Positions 38,303 to 52,839 are shown, counted from the first letter of the stretch. The stretch is DNA of 64,000 nucleotides from Lingula anatina (GCA_051362555.1 CM120640.1:744001-808000); one strand, 5' to 3'. Made by a program: numbers and translations. Notes: a model not told the origin generated them from the letters alone.

Positions 38303-38717
38303 GTAAGTATACCAAAAGAAAAAAAAAAAATAAATAAATATAAATAGAATAAAATAAACACACTGAGTCACCACAAAGTAGCCTGTTATAGACTATAAAT
38401 TAGAATTTTTATATTGATTTTTTGTACATATATGTGAAATTTTCAAGTAATTAGTCTTTAGCCAGAGAAACATTAAACCTCCTGGGTTGATATATTGTCA
38501 AAGTATTATTTCCTAGTATTACATTATATGTTCCAAAATTTATGACAGATTTATCACTGTTTGATGCAGTAAAAAGTTTGATCTAACATTATAGAAATAA
38601 TTTTCTATGAGCGCAGTATGTATGATATCCAAATATATTATGGAGAAGGTTACTCGATGTTCTTCTTGGCTACCTGTTTATACTTGATGACATAATGTGT
38701 TACAAAATACATTTAAG

Positions 38718-38990
38718 CACCTGCGCCGCCCACGCTGCAGAGGGGTGGAGTTATTGCCACCAAGAACACGATTACATTGTCCTGGGACCTCCCACAAGGA
38801 AAGTATGAAGGCTATCAGATATTTTGCAAGTTGGATGGTGCTGACACCTGGTCATGTGATTATCTTAGTGCTGGGGTGACATGTTATGAAATAAATGATC
38901 TGCAACCAAGCACCCATTACACCGGTTGGATCCGTACCCTGACCAAAGGGGAATTAGAGAGTGAACATGTGAACTTCGACTGTTTTACAG
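38718..38990 (+). CDS. FN3 exon 6
   Basis: AG/GT, phase 1-1; LSWDLPQG...DLQPSTHY. Confidence 0.88.
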
Positions 38991-39095
38991 GTTTGTTCTG
39001 TAATTCTCAAGATTTGCATTTTATATACACAGCTGTAAGATTAACTATGTTGATAAATTAGCACCTGGTGTAAATATACCTATTTCGTTGTATAG

Positions 39096-39368
39096 AACCA
39101 GAACCTCCACAGCAGTTCTCTTGGCTCAGTGATCGTCGAGAAACAACAACATTGACATTGGCATGGGAGCCAAGTAGAGGCGATATTGAAGGATACACAC
39201 TGATCATCAGGGACACAGATGACAATGAGATCTCTCGTGAAGTAAAACCGAACATCACCAGATACATAGTAGAAGATTTGACTCCAGGCATGATGTACCA
39301 TTGTTTGATCTCCACTATATCACCAGCAGGTGTGAAGAGCAGCAACGTGGAATGCCGTACAAGCACAG
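39096..39368 (+). CDS. FN3 exon 7
   Basis: AG/GT, phase 1-1; LAWEPSRG...DLTPGMMY. Confidence 0.9.
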
Positions 39369-39574
39369 GTTCATATCAGCTATCAATTTTCATTCTAAAC
39401 AGGTTTGATCATACAAGTTTTTTATGCATTTAACCTCATCGTAAAGAAAAACTTTTGGTATGGTATTATTCGGTTAAACGTACCAGTGCATTTTATGAAA
39501 TATTCAAAGTGATGTTTTGAGTATTTTGCTTTAAAAGAAAAACTTTCATGTACGTTATTTCTTCTTGTCTTCAG

Positions 39575-39841
39575 TTCCACAAGCGCCGAAAGTCGGATTT
39601 ATCACAGTAAAACTTTATGAAGGTTCGTATGTGGTGTGTTGGGAAAGGCCAAGTGGTATATTCAAACACATGTCCTTTGAATATTTCCCAAACGACAGTG
39701 AGAAAGATCTGAAAGTGCTGACGTCAAAAGAGAGTCCGTCACCACCACTTTCCATCACCCCTGGAACTATATATGACCTGCACGCTTTCTCTGTAACAGA
39801 CCATGACAAAAGTGACCCGTGTGTATTGAAGTTTACAACAG
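39575..39841 (+). CDS. FN3 exon 8
   Basis: AG/GT, phase 1-1; VCWERPSG...ITPGTIYDL. Confidence 0.9.
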
Positions 39842-40119
39842 GTATGTTTTTATTTGCATCCACAGAATTGAACATTGCATATTTTATCACCAATGTTTTG
39901 CATCGATATCCATTTACATGTGACACAGTATTCAAAATGGCTTATGACATTCACCCAAGGTTTGACATAGCAAATTTTCTGCAGCAAAATACACTGTAGT
40001 GCATTTTGTAGAACATTGGTTTACCATAATCATTGAAATTTTCAGATACTTACATCAGCAGTATCTTTAGTTATTTTAGTGTATCAACCATCTATTATAT
40101 ATACACTTGACTTTTCCAG

Positions 40120-40392
40120 CACCTTCCAAACCTGTGCTATGGCATCAAATGGACATTAAAAGCACGTCAGTCTCCATTAGCTGGGATCCGGTTCAAGCAT
40201 TGTGTAGTTACGAAGTGTCTTGCGAGCAAGCTGGCAACAACACCATGAACCCACAAACAACAACAGAATGTAAATACCAAATAATGAATTTATTACCTGC
40301 CACAAAGTATGAAGTGAGGTTAGCAACCTGTGTAATGGACCATAAAGGGGAACTGCTAAAGAGTGATACAAGCGAATGCACAATATGGACCA
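40120..40392 (+). CDS. FN3 exon 9
   Basis: AG/GT, phase 1-1; ISWDPV...NLLPATKYEV. Confidence 0.9.
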
Positions 40393-40588
40393 GTAAGTCT
40401 GTTTCTGTAATGAATAAGACATACAATGATGTTTTACTAAATAGCAATCTACCTGTTTAACTGAAGAATACATATTCTATTGTGTCTTTCAGAAGGAAAG
40501 TTTTTTGTTATGTCATTATTTCACTGTGACAATCTATCGTGTCAGAATATATCATATCCTGTCATTGAGGCAAGTTATATCTCTTTAG

Positions 40589-40873
40589 ATCCGTCAGCGC
40601 CAAAAAACTTCAAACAGATATGGTCCCAAGTGAACAGGAAAAGGCATCCAACATTAGTTAAGCTGAAATGGGACATGCTACAAGAAGACATTGATCACTT
40701 TGAAATAATCTATGATGCCCAAGGGGTTGGGTGTAGTGTAGTGAATGTCGGGTGCAGCAGAAGGACTGCCGAAATAGTTGGATTAGAGCCTGGGACTGAA
40801 TACAACTGCAGCATTTCAGCTATTTTATGCAATAGACAAAAGAGTGAATGTGCCACATGTGTGGCTTTTACAG
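40589..40873 (+). CDS. FN3 exon 10
   Basis: AG/GT, phase 1-1; LKWDML...GLEPGTEYNC. Confidence 0.9.
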
Positions 40874-40985
40874 GTATCAATATTTGTAATATCTGGTTAA
40901 TATTATAGATTATTATACATCATGTAGAATTATATAGGCATCCCATTGGTCAGTCACCACAGGCTATTTCAAATAGTAAGACCAT

Positions 40986-41202
40986 AGGGCGCATTCCCAT
41001 AGATTTTACATCGATCTATCCCCTAGGAGAGTCTCACTAGATTACTGTCCAATAATCCGGCTTTAATGTCCGTCCTGCCTACTACAAGCTGTAAGGGGGT
41101 AATTAACTTTCATGCCTGCTCGGCTGACAGCTATTTAGCATGAACCCCCAGGGACTTAGGTCGTTTTAGTTGGATCGATCTAATCTGGGGAGTGGGGTCT
41201 TA
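40986..41202 (-). mobile_element. MITE, inverted copy of 19842-20062
   Basis: Reverse-complement similarity over the full length. Confidence 0.75.
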
Positions 41203-41751
41203 CACTATTACTGTGGACTTTTAGTTGACCTGAGGTCAAGGTAAATTCAAACCTTCTCACTAATTAGTTTCCACATATTGTTTAGAACAGTTACCTTGAA
41301 CAACTGGTTGCGACATTTCTTAACAGTGGGGCATTGGGGATGCATGGAATTTATAACATTTTGAAGGGAAGTAGATATTTACAGACGTAGATATGTAGGT
41401 GCAGTTTTTTAAAAGTGAAATTTGCCTTTCTTCATACCTTGGAGGACAACCAGTATAGTAAAACAAATAATGCAAATTCGCTCAGGGACTATGAAGAAAA
41501 TTGAGCAGTGATAAGCAAAAGACCCCTCATCGGGATCCCATACCTCTTATGCACAGGCCACTGTCCTTTATAGTCCCCTCAGGGCAGTGCGATTTTTCAG
41601 TTTTATCTTTCGTACATGTGGTTCAATAGTATCCTGAAAGTTCAGTTATTAGTAAACCTGTAGGTATGAAAGATAAAGGTACAGTACAATTTTAAGTATA
41701 AGTTCAAAAATAAATTCCTCTTTATCCATTCATAAGTTTCCTACTTTACAG

Positions 41752-42153
41752 CACCCGCAGTGCCTGGTACCATTGTTACAGGTACCATTGTAGCAAGTAC
41801 CAAAGGTTTGTACTTGCAATGGATGCCAGCTGCAGGAGCTGTCCATAATTATGCTATCATGTACAGAGTTGTCCAAGTAACCAGCACCGACAATCAAGGC
41901 AACGGCACCTCAGGACCGCAGGCAAAACACCTTCCCTGGATTAGTGACAGTGTTGAACTGGCATGGGAAGAAAATCTAGAAATTCTAGACAATGATGAGA
42001 AAAATGCATCCGATGCAAGATATAAACAAATTGAAACTGTGGAAAGCAAATGCAATTTAGAAAACCTTGTCCCTGGCACAAATTATGAAATCCAAATTTT
42101 TGCCAAAGCTCATGGTTATCCTAGTCTGCCACAACAGCTGACACAAACAACAA
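41752..42153 (+). CDS. FN3 exon 11, with ~45-aa internal insertion
   Basis: AG/GT, phase 1-1, 402 nt; LQWMPAAG...NLVPGTNYEI. Confidence 0.88.
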
Positions 42154-44025
42154 GTAAGCATTACTAATTACCTTTAGTATATTGTGTACATTGCATTAAA
42201 TGATGCTATTTGTGTATTTAAATTTATCTACAGTATATTTTGATAGGTTTGATGAAGAGGTTACTTTTTGGAGCATATCTTTTTATGTACAGACACAGAT
42301 GTGTCTGTACATATAGCCATCACCTGTGTCTGTCGCCGCCGTCGTCGCTGTCACCAGCGTCGCCGTGCACTTTTACTGATAATACGATAAGTGGTAAACT
42401 GTTTTTTGTTTCAGCTTGATGGGGCCATTTTTAAGGAAGTTTTGCTGTTTTTTCATTTTTTTTAGCATATATGCAGCACCGATAACACGATAGGTGGAAA
42501 ACCATTTTACCTTTTGGCTTGAAACTTACAAAACTGATGAATATTCATAATATGCAGGTCAAGTTTGAAAATCAGCATGATTGGGCAATTTTTATGGAAG
42601 TAATTCCTTTTTTTTTTTCAATTTTTTCAGCATTTTTATAACACCGATAACATGATAAGTGTAAAAATGTTTTTCCTTTTGGATTGAAAACTTACAGAAC
42701 TGATGAATATTCAAAATACGCAGGTCAAGTTCGAAAAAATTGGCTTGATTGGACTATTTTTACAAAAGTTATGCTGTTTTTTTCCTTTATTCAGCATACA
42801 TGCAACACTGATAACGCATTTTAAGGAAAACCAATCAGCCTTTTGATCAATCTGACCAGTATACAGATCAAGTTTGAAAATAAGCTTGATCAGTTAAGTT
42901 TTGATGAAGTTATTAGCCTTTTTGTACATAAGTGGTTTTTCTTCAGATTTAATTCTTAGGCATGTTAAGTCTCATTATGGAACTAATTAGATATGTAAAA
43001 GTGTTGTTTTGACATTTTCTGCTTCTTAACAATATTGTTAGTTGATTATATAAAAATGATGGTAAACCTTTTATCGTGCATTGTGTAATAAAGTATCAAA
43101 AATGGAAAGGAACCCATGATTGCAGTTCGTCAGATTCAATCATTCACTATGTTCAGAATCTCCGAATGGAGCAAATTGGACATTTAAAAATGTTCTGCTG
43201 ATATTTTTCCTATGTCAACAATTTTCCTACTTGATCATTTAAAAATGACAGTAAATTGATTATTTTGTTTTATGTAAAAAAGGTGTTGAAAATGGAAAGA
43301 AAATCATTTTAGTACAGTTATCTCTTGTTTACATTTTGGCATTTTGAAAGTGTGACTCTGAACTTCCATGGCCTTGGAGACCTTTCCATATCACATTTTC
43401 TGAATATCCACGATACTTTTATTTTTTTATAAAAAAATTGATGGTCATTATGCTGTTACGTATTATGTTATATTGCATGAAAGTTGAAGAAAACCCTATT
43501 TTGGACACTGCTGCCAGGATAGCGATTAAGGGAAAACCATGTTACTTATGATACTCAAACTTACTGAAAAGTTTCATAAGACTGAAGTGCAGCTTGTGTT
43601 GGAAAACCAGTGTGATTGTTTTCTGTTTTGGAAGCAATGCAGTTCTATAGATTGCTATATGGTGCGATAAATGTATATGGATAACAGGCAGTATGCTAAT
43701 TCAGGGTCATAAAATAATTTGCTTAATTAATTTTCAAGTTATTTCAGGGTTATAAAGTAATTTGCTTAATTAATTTTCAAGTGGCCATGAAATGAGATTA
43801 CATAAAACACACATTGAGATTTCATTGTAAAGTCCCATAGGTTTAGCTCTCTTAACTGTGTCACATAATTAGGAATCAATGATTATTATGCAGGTAAATC
43901 TTATTTAATATTGAAAATAATTTTACAAAAGAAAAATTTTGTTTAACACTTACATTAATGCTAAAGATGAATAACAATGCGTTACTATTCTCAAACTCAA
44001 TAGGGTTATTCATATCATGTTAGTA

Positions 44026-46087
44026 CGGTAATATGCCAAACAATTCGACCAAGATTAATTAATTAATTTCATGGAAATGTCAGTTTTGTCGAATTGATTA
44101 AAATACAGCAAATGGAAACCTTTGATATCGTCGGATTGTTAGGGGCATCTGCCAAAACGTCCATCTTTCCGGAAGTATTGCATTTTACCGGAAGTGATAC
44201 GCAAGAACAGCCGCAATTTTCGCCTAACATGTGTTTCAGGCATGTTTTATCCTCCTGAAATCTTATTTTGCTGTGTACAATATGTGCTAACATTACTTAA
44301 CATTAAAAAAGTCGACAATTAAAATTTTTGATTATATATTTCCCTCACCTACGATCACTTTCATGATGCGCTTCACCAGTGGGACGAGTATTTCCCCGGA
44401 GACAGGTGTTGTAAACAAAGGCCGGTCACTTATATTTGAAACCGGTAGCTTTAGTGGACTTAAACTAGTTATGTGATCTACGTACGACCTATTTGAATTT
44501 TAATATGACAACTGAAATCAACCGAATTGAAATTTTTTACCAGTCTGAGATCAGTTGTTTTCAACCCGCAAGACTTGCTCAGCGTCGAGGCGTAGACGTA
44601 CGTACTTCCGAAGAAAATTCAATCACCCGTATCAAAGAATACCAACTGGTACTCAAACAGAAATCAGTGTAACTTCAAATTACTATTAAGTATTTTATTT
44701 AAAAAGCATTTCATATAAAAACACATTGAGAAAAGGCAAAATACGGAGCATACCTGTGCCGATAGACATACAGTATTTTGCTGGCATTCTTCCGATTTTC
44801 TTACTTATATACTCTCGCTGTGCACAAACCACGGTGCATATTGAAAACCCCACTGATACAACCCGAACGTAAAAAAAGCATTTACTTGCCATAATTTTCA
44901 CAAAACAGGTGCATTTATAATTTGACGTGAGCACATGCAGAAATGAGAGACTGGTTTTATCTGGTGTGCTCCAGCATAGCGCAAACCACATGTTAATGAA
45001 GACGGTCCCATTTTGGGGGAGGGGGTCACAGGAATGGAGTTCGTCGTGGATTACGCTAAGTATTATCAACATTTCATGCATCTGGGGAAATAGAAAGTGA
45101 CTCACAGGTAACATAAATACCCAGTGCAACTCTCTATGAAGCTCCCATGACGTCATTTTTATTGTTGACAAATCAGTTATCCATGTAGGTGAACAGCGAC
45201 ACGTGTTCGTCAGATTTTGACAGCGCCTGGTATTTGGCGCCAAGAAGTCCGGGCGGTCGATCCCGCTGTTCTTTCGGTCGATTGTAGTAAATGTAAGATC
45301 TTGTGGTGTTGACTTCAAGAACGTTTCTCCATCTGCATATATATATTTCAATCGAACTTGAAAATAAATTGCTTATTCTTCCCAAACTTTTTATTGCTAG
45401 CAAACGCGATATATGGTCTATATGAAGGTGTTTACGACGTATTCTACGGGGGCGTCTCGATAGTCCGAAGGTTCATTAGTCCGAAGGTTCATTGGTCCGA
45501 AAAGTGGTAACATTTTTATCGATTTTTTAATCAAGGGTTCATTGGTCCGAAGGTTCTATAGTGAACATTCGGACCAATGAACCTTCGGACTATTGAACCT
45601 TCGGACTATCGCTACAGCCCCTATTCTACCCACTGTCGATATTTGGTTTCATCCAGAATAGACCTTTTTTTTAACCCCCCCCCCCCTCCCCAGTTACGGG
45701 CGTGATGAATCAGTCAGCGAGGGCAAGTCTGCTTAATAGCAAAATTTGTATGTCTATAAGCACTATTATTGTCATCGGGGACAAAGGAAAAGACAGGTGC
45801 GTCATGCTTCCAGATTAGATCTTCAATTAATTGTTTCTTCCTCATTGACGAGAGCTATTGAAAGGACAACAATTGACAAAGGGCCGAGGCATGCAGCATC
45901 TATTTCACTGGCTTGAAAATTTACCGAGTCTTGTCGACGATGTGGTCGAACAATCGGAACAAGAAAAAAATTCTGTCCCATGATTTTGACGTATGGACTA
46001 ATTGTTTGAACCCAGAAAAATTAATTTTATAAAATAATTTTTGTGGTCCGATTGACTGGGCCCGTCGAAATGCTTGGCACATTACCG
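44026..46087. mobile_element. Tc1/mariner-like non-autonomous element (TA TSD)
   Basis: ta|cggtaatatgccaaacaattcgac ... gtcgaaatgcttggcacattaccg|ta. Confidence 0.75.
45448..45621. mobile_element. Small MITE with 8-bp TSD and 15-bp subterminal repeats
   Basis: TSD tattctac on both sides; GG..CC ends; agtccgaaggttcat repeats and their inverses. Confidence 0.85.
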
Positions 46088-47002
46088 TAATTATACAGCT
46101 AGATTAGAAGTTTGAATAGCAGCTTTATTGGAATTTTTTGTTATGTTTTATTTTACATTTTCTTTTAATTATTTTTCAAACACTAGCATCTTCAAAAGTC
46201 ACTTTCAACTCCCATCCACCAGAAGTGCTGTGCATTTTCAGTTTTTCCACATTAGTGGTTGTGTTGGTTTTTATGTCTTTAAACCTTGTGTAATATTATT
46301 TGATGCACTGTCATCATTTTTCACATATTGGGATTTTCATTATGTGAATTTGAACTCTCACATATGGTCCTGAAACTGTAATCTTATTGACCGTGTTATT
46401 CTGTTGTACATTTTTTTGAAATTTTTATCTTTCACTTACATGGCATTTTCAGTGTGGGACTTATAACTCCCAAGGGCATGTAACAGTTCACTTTTATTGA
46501 TACTTCCTGTTGTGCAATATTTGCAACTTGACTTTGCAGTTAAAGGGATGATAACTGTTCTTTTTGGAACATAATTTTTTTTCTAAAAAGTGTTTTTTTT
46601 GTTATAATATCTTAAGAAATTATTACAAAGTATAGCCATCTATGGAGGTCACATGGTCTGATGACAAGTTCAGATATCAGAATAATAGCTATGACTGCCC
46701 TTTTTGTGGTAAAACAAAATATATTATATTTCTGTGAGTTGTTTACACTGTTTAATCTCAAGTTGGATGATTCATATCATGGTAATGCAGCTAGACTGAA
46801 TGGCAGCTTTAGTGGAATATTTTTGTAATTTTTTCTTTTTTAATTTTTCATTTTTCAAACTGGCATTTTCAAGATATGACTTATCACTCCCATCCACCAG
46901 GAGCCCTGTACTGTTACTTTATAACATTTTCTGTATTTTTTTAACTTACAAGAATGATTCTTAGGATTGACATACAGCCCAAATTAGAAAAACAGCTCTA
47001 TT

Positions 47003-47006
<4 letters not shown>

Positions 47007-47093
<87 letters not shown>
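47007..47093. repeat. (TA)n microsatellite plus poly-T
   Basis: Directly visible. Confidence 0.95.
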
Positions 47094-47802
47094 CTTTAGT
47101 TTAAGCAATTTTTTTTTTGTGAAATTTTCACTTTATCTCATTCTGGCATTTCCAAAGTATGAACTTTGACTCTTATCAGCCTGAAGCCGTAGGGGCCATT
47201 TCCAGACCCTATCACGCTAACTATGGATCGATCTATCTCCAAGGGAATTCTCCCTAAACTGCAATCAATGTAAGTGGCTTAGCTGTCTGTCACGCCTACT
47301 GAAACTGGCATGCCACAATCCTAAGCCGCTTAAGCTGAAAGCAATTTAGTGAGAAACCCCTTGGAGTTGGATTGATCCTGTTAGATTGATCTAGGTATGG
47401 AAACTCAGTCTAATGCTTGTTACACATTTTACATTCATCTTAATCCACTGTTATGCAGAATTAGAATTTGATGTTGGCCATGCAGTTACAGTAAGCATAA
47501 TACATCAGTGCATCAGAATTGACAGTATCCTATTTTCTGCATTTTTATTTTCTGGTTTTTGTCTGTACATTTGACAGCTTTGCTGCCTTGTTTAATCTTT
47601 ATTGTATGTACCCTGGCTGTAAATGCCAGGTAAATTCATACCTGGCATTTACAGGTACATCCAGTAGGAGAAATTACCATCAAGCAATGCTTACTGTTGC
47701 ATTTCAAATAAAAACTGTTTACATTATGTTGTAGAAAATCCCAAACGAAGACATGCCTGCCTATATAAATAATTATATCATGCAGATAATAATTTGGAAC
47801 AT

Positions 47803-50475
47803 CCCAGATAGCAAGCATACGTTGGGCCAACGTAGGGGAATCGTTGGTTTGTTGGCACATAGTTGGCGTTGGTAGTAATACGTTGGCCCAACGTTGGCCC
47901 AACCACATCATAATATGCACAACATAACTGCAATATGCTCACGTTGGCCCAACGTTGGGCCAACGTGTGTACATTTATTGCATACGTTGGCCTAACGTTG
48001 GGCCAACGTATCCAATTTTAATTAATACAGAAATATTTTAATTATAACAGAAACATTATTCATTTCTATTGAGTTGTTAATAAAAATGTTTCTGTTCACA
48101 ACTGAGAATCACATGTGCTTATCTATTGATCAGTAACATATAGTTTTTAGGATTAAATTTTTTTTTATGAAGAGTTTGTCAAATTCCTTGGGTTAAAAAA
48201 CAGTTTTCTGCTTTTATTTGTCTTCCAAGCTATATACTCTCATATGTAGTACATAGACTTCACCTATAAAAAAATAACTGAGTGAACAGATTTATATTTT
48301 TAAATAATGCTGTGAAACATATTTTTTATTATTGCTATTATTATTATTGTTATTGAAATCAGACAAATGATTGAAATCTTATTATAATGTACAATTGTAC
48401 AATATATAAATTTTAAACTTTATAGTTAGCATCAATTGACTTTTGATTAAAGTAAACTGGTAACTTTCACTGGACCAGATTCATTACAAGCCAGGTGTTT
48501 ATCTTAACTGTCAGATTGATATAAACAGTTTGCCTACTGCCTGCTCAAACAGGTCAAATAACTATACATAGCACAGTCTTAAGCGCGCGTGGTCAGTTGA
48601 GCCAATTCAAAAATCTAAGCCAGAAGGTCAGAAATGTTCTAAGGAAGAGGCAAGAATTACGACTGAAAGCATTGATTTCTGGATATAAAAAGAAGACATC
48701 TTTTAGGAAATTAGAAAATGAAGAGATAAAGAGACAGGATAAGAAGTGAGCATGTACTGGTAAGTGACTTTTTAATTGTGTATTTTCCCATTATTTACTG
48801 ATGCACCAGGATCCATACAGCCTTGAAAAATGTTCAAATTTAGTCCAGCACTTTGGACTAGTTTAAATGTAACTTTGAAAAGTACTTGAAAATGCTATTA
48901 GGCTTGAAAAAGGTTTGCATTTCAGCATTTTGTCTTTGTAAAAATATTATTAAAAACTTTGTAGTTTATTGACATGAATACAGACAATGATTCACAGATG
49001 GGGGTATTCTTTATGTTTTAATACATCATTACTTGTACTTTTATTTTTAACTTTTCACCATCAATGTGTTACAAAGACAAAGTTTAAATGAAATGAGTCC
49101 TTTTTCCTTCGGTATGTACACTTTAAAATAACTGTATTCATGTATAACTTGCCCTAATTAGTTAAAAATCATTGAAAATGATTTGAATTAGAGCCTTAAA
49201 AGTCCTTGGAAGCCAATTGTTCTTATGTGTCTGTATGAATCCTGGCCAGTAAATTATGTGATAGAGTTGTTGGAATGATTAAAAGATGTGGAATTCAGTG
49301 GTACATTACAGTTGTCTAAAAACTGAATTCATTGTCAAGTGTACACGTAAGAACTAATTTAAATAAATCACTATAAATTACTGCACACAAGACACACACA
49401 TTTATATTTAAGATATTGGCTGTTGTCTAACTTAGAAAAGGTAGGGACATTATCATATAATACACACCTACTAGTACTAGTTTGTATATGAAAACAGTGA
49501 TGGGGGAAGAGGTACAGTCATGTTATGTACCATACCAATTCTAGCATTATATTTCAAGTGTTTTTAATATTTGAATTTGTAGGTGCAGCACACTCTTCTG
49601 TGACTGGTTAGACAAATATATTGAGGATACATCCAACTAATTGTGCTTTGCCAAAGATCACACAGGTGCAGAACAGGAAAGAGAGAAAAACACAAAGATT
49701 GAACTCATATGACCACTGACTTGATTTTTAAAGAGACAATGTCTGAGATTTTGCCTGAAGGAAGAGACTGTGATTTTATAGACTTGACATGAAAAGCATC
49801 TTACCTGACATTAATTAGGGTTTCTGGTTTAAAATTTAATTTAATGAAAATATTTTTAAAAATTGAAATGAGTCAAAAAAGACTTTACTAGTAGAAAAAT
49901 GCCTTGACTCCAGGAATAAGTGAAAAGTCATAGGACTGTTGATATTTTTTCTTGATGTGAATCATGTAACAATTGATATAAGACACACTTATTAAAGTTT
50001 AAATACAATATTATAACATTTTATAAAAATTTTCTTTGTTGTCTTTTTGTATTATTTGTTGGGTTATTGTTGGACTGATGTTGGTTTTTAGTAGAACCAA
50101 CGTAAATGCACTGTTGGTTACAGGTTGGGAAATTGTTGGACCAATGTTGGTTATTAGTTGGCCCAATGTAGGGCCAACGCAGTTTGGTTGGGTAATTGTT
50201 GGACTGACGTTGGTTATTAGTAGAACCAACGTAAATACACTGTTGGTTACAGGTTGGGTAATTGTTGAACCAATGTTGGTTATTAATTGGCCCAATGTAG
50301 GGCCAACGCAGTTTGGTTGGGAATACGTTGGCAATGCGTTGGCATTAAAAAGACGTTCAGCCAACCGTTGGCCAAAGTGAGCACTTAGATGGAAACCCAA
50401 CGTTGGGCCAACGTTGCACGGTCAACCAAGGCAACGTTGGGCCAACGTTGGCCCAACGTATGCTTGCTATCTGGG
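47803..50475. mobile_element. Non-autonomous DNA transposon with palindromic subterminal repeats (CMC/EnSpm-like)
   Basis: TIR cccagatagcaagcatacgttgggccaacgt / acgttggcccaacgtatgcttgctatctggg; 'at' on both flanks; many gttggcccaac motifs. Confidence 0.85.
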
Positions 50476-50522
50476 ATTGTATTGGAATCAAAGTGATGTA
50501 TTTATGAATTTCTTTATTTCAG

Positions 50523-50786
50523 AGCCAGGTAAACCTGGGGAAGTTACAAAAGAAGAGACGGCTACTGCAGAATCAATATCTCTGTCTTGGGGTGCTAGTG
50601 AAGGCAATGTCAGTGGATATGAAATAGAATACGGAAGAAAAGACCGAAACACAAGACAACCACTGAGCTCAAGTACTCCAAATTGTATCATTGATAATAT
50701 ATCCCCTGGTATTCCTTATAGCTACAAAGTGTATGCTATAAGTAATGGATTGAGAAGCGATCCTTCTCAGTTTGTAGCAGCCACAG
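50523..50786 (+). CDS. FN3 exon 12
   Basis: AG/GT, phase 1-1; LSWGASEG...NISPGIPYSY. Confidence 0.9.
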
Positions 50787-50906
50787 GTAGATTTATCATT
50801 TCTTCGCACAAGTTTTCAAACACCAAACACACGAAATGCTGCAGTGATGGTTGAGTTACATCAACAGACCTGAACTATTGCACACATGAACTAGAACTAT
50901 ACTTAA

Positions 50907-52683
50907 AGGGATAACAACTGTTCATTATGGCCAAGAAATAAATTTCCCTGGGCTAAAGAACTATTTCCCCATACTTACCAATGGTAAATGAATCCATTCC
51001 CACATTCAAAATAAGTCCCTGTTTTTTTTCAAAAAAGTTTGGTTTTTATGTACAGACACAGATGTGTCTGTACATATAGCCATCACCTGCGTCTGTTGTC
51101 GCCGTCGTCGCTGTCGCCGTGCACTTTTACCGATAACACGATTTTGGCTTGAAACTTACGGAACTGATTAATATACCTAATACGCAGGACAAGTTCGAAA
51201 ATCAGCATGATCGGGCCATTTTTAGGGAAGTTTTGCTGTTTTTTCATTTTTTTCAGCATATATGCAGCACCGATTACACGATAGGTGGAAAACCATTTTA
51301 CCTTTTGGCTTGAAACTTACAGAACTGATGAATGTCTATAATAAGTTCAAAAATTGGCATGATCAGGGCATTTTTTATAAAAGTTTTGTTGTTTTTCCAC
51401 TTTTTTTCAGCATATATGCAACACCTATAACACATTTTAGGGAAAATCGATTGGCCAATTGTCTTGAAATTCACAGTAGTGATCAGTGATCAGTGTTATT
51501 GAAAATAAGCTTGATTAGTAAAGGTTTGATGAAGTTATACCTTTTTTTGTATATAAGTGTTTTTTCCTCAAATTTAATTCTCAGGCATGTTAACAGTCTC
51601 ATTTTTGAACTAATTAGATATGTTAAGTCGTTCTTTTGACATTTTCTGCATCTTAACAACATTGTTAGTTGATTATATAAAAATGATGGTAAACCTGATA
51701 TTGTGTATTGTGTAATAAGTGTCAAAAACGTTAAAAAAAAAAAAAAAAAACTCATATCTTTACAGTTTGTCAGATTCAACCATTCACTATGTTCAGAATC
51801 TCAGAATGGAGCAAGTTGGACATTAATAATTGTTCTATTGATATTTTTGCTTTGACAACATATTTTTTGATTGATCATATAAAAATGACAGTAAATTGAT
51901 TATTTTGCTTTATGTAAAAAAGGTGTTGAAAATGGAAATAAACTCTTTCAATACAGTTTTCTCTTGTTTACATTTTGGGATTTTCAGAGTATGACTCTGA
52001 ACTCTATCGGCTAGTCACATTTTCTGAACATCCATGATACTTTTATTTTATTTTTAAAAAATTTATGGTTATTATGCTGTTAAGCACTGTGTAATATTGC
52101 ATCAAAATTGAACAAAACCCTATTCTGGGCACTGCCTCAGTAGTGGCAGCGAAAGGAAAACCATGTCACTTGCTCTTCTCACACTTTCAGGAAAGAAACA
52201 TAGGACTGAAATATAGCTTCAGTTGAAAAATTGTACAGTTTTTTGTGAAAATTTTTATCTTTCACATGTTGCAATTTTCAATGTAGGACTTAGAGCTCCC
52301 TTGGGCATGAAGCCCAGTGGTAATCAAATTTTCTTAATGTCCATGTTTTTAGTAGTAGATATTTTAAAATTGGTGGTATTTAATTAGTTAATCATTATGT
52401 AATGTTGCATCAAAATTGACAAAAACCCTACTTTGTGCTCTGCCACCATTAATATTATGTAAAGTAAAGTGTTACTTTCTATTTTTTAAAATTAACTGTT
52501 AAGAGATTATTACAGAGTGTAGCCATCTATGGAGGTCACGTGATGTGATGGCAAGCAGAAATTCTAAATCAATTGTGTTAACCACCGTTTGGGGGTAAAA
52601 TAGAATTTATTGTATATATCTGTGAGTTATTTTCAATATATTTATTGTGAAATATGGAAATGGTAGAAACGGTTGTTATCCCT
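50907..52683. mobile_element. Kolobok-like MITE (TTAA TSD) with a nested HINE-like family B copy (~51043-52490)
   Basis: ttaa|agggataacaactgtt ... aacggttgttatccct|ttaa; a related short copy begins at ~46541. Confidence 0.75.
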
Positions 52684-52839
52684 TTAAGTTTTCGGTGTAT
52701 TTTTGATATTTCTGAATATTAAATGTAAATAGTAAGTACAATAAACTATAAACAATAAACATTTGTTTATGCCTATATTCTTTAAAAAAGTGAACTATTA
52801 TAAAATGGATATGTTGTTAGACATTTCTTTTAATTTCAG

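Larger units (their letters stand above)
42280..47665 (+). mobile_element. Long HINE-like family B element carrying nested insertions
   Basis: 5' 13-bp-stem hairpin and microsatellite at 42285; 3' hairpin tgtaaatgccaggt-aaattcat-acctggcatttaca at 47618-47653; body matches 54806-62630. Confidence 0.65.

Noticed and set aside
44695-45351. 218-aa minus-strand ORF
   Set aside because: Lies inside a non-autonomous transposon, has no transposase motifs and looks non-coding in composition
50011-50400. Repetitive ORFs on both strands
   Set aside because: Translation of the transposon's subterminal repeats
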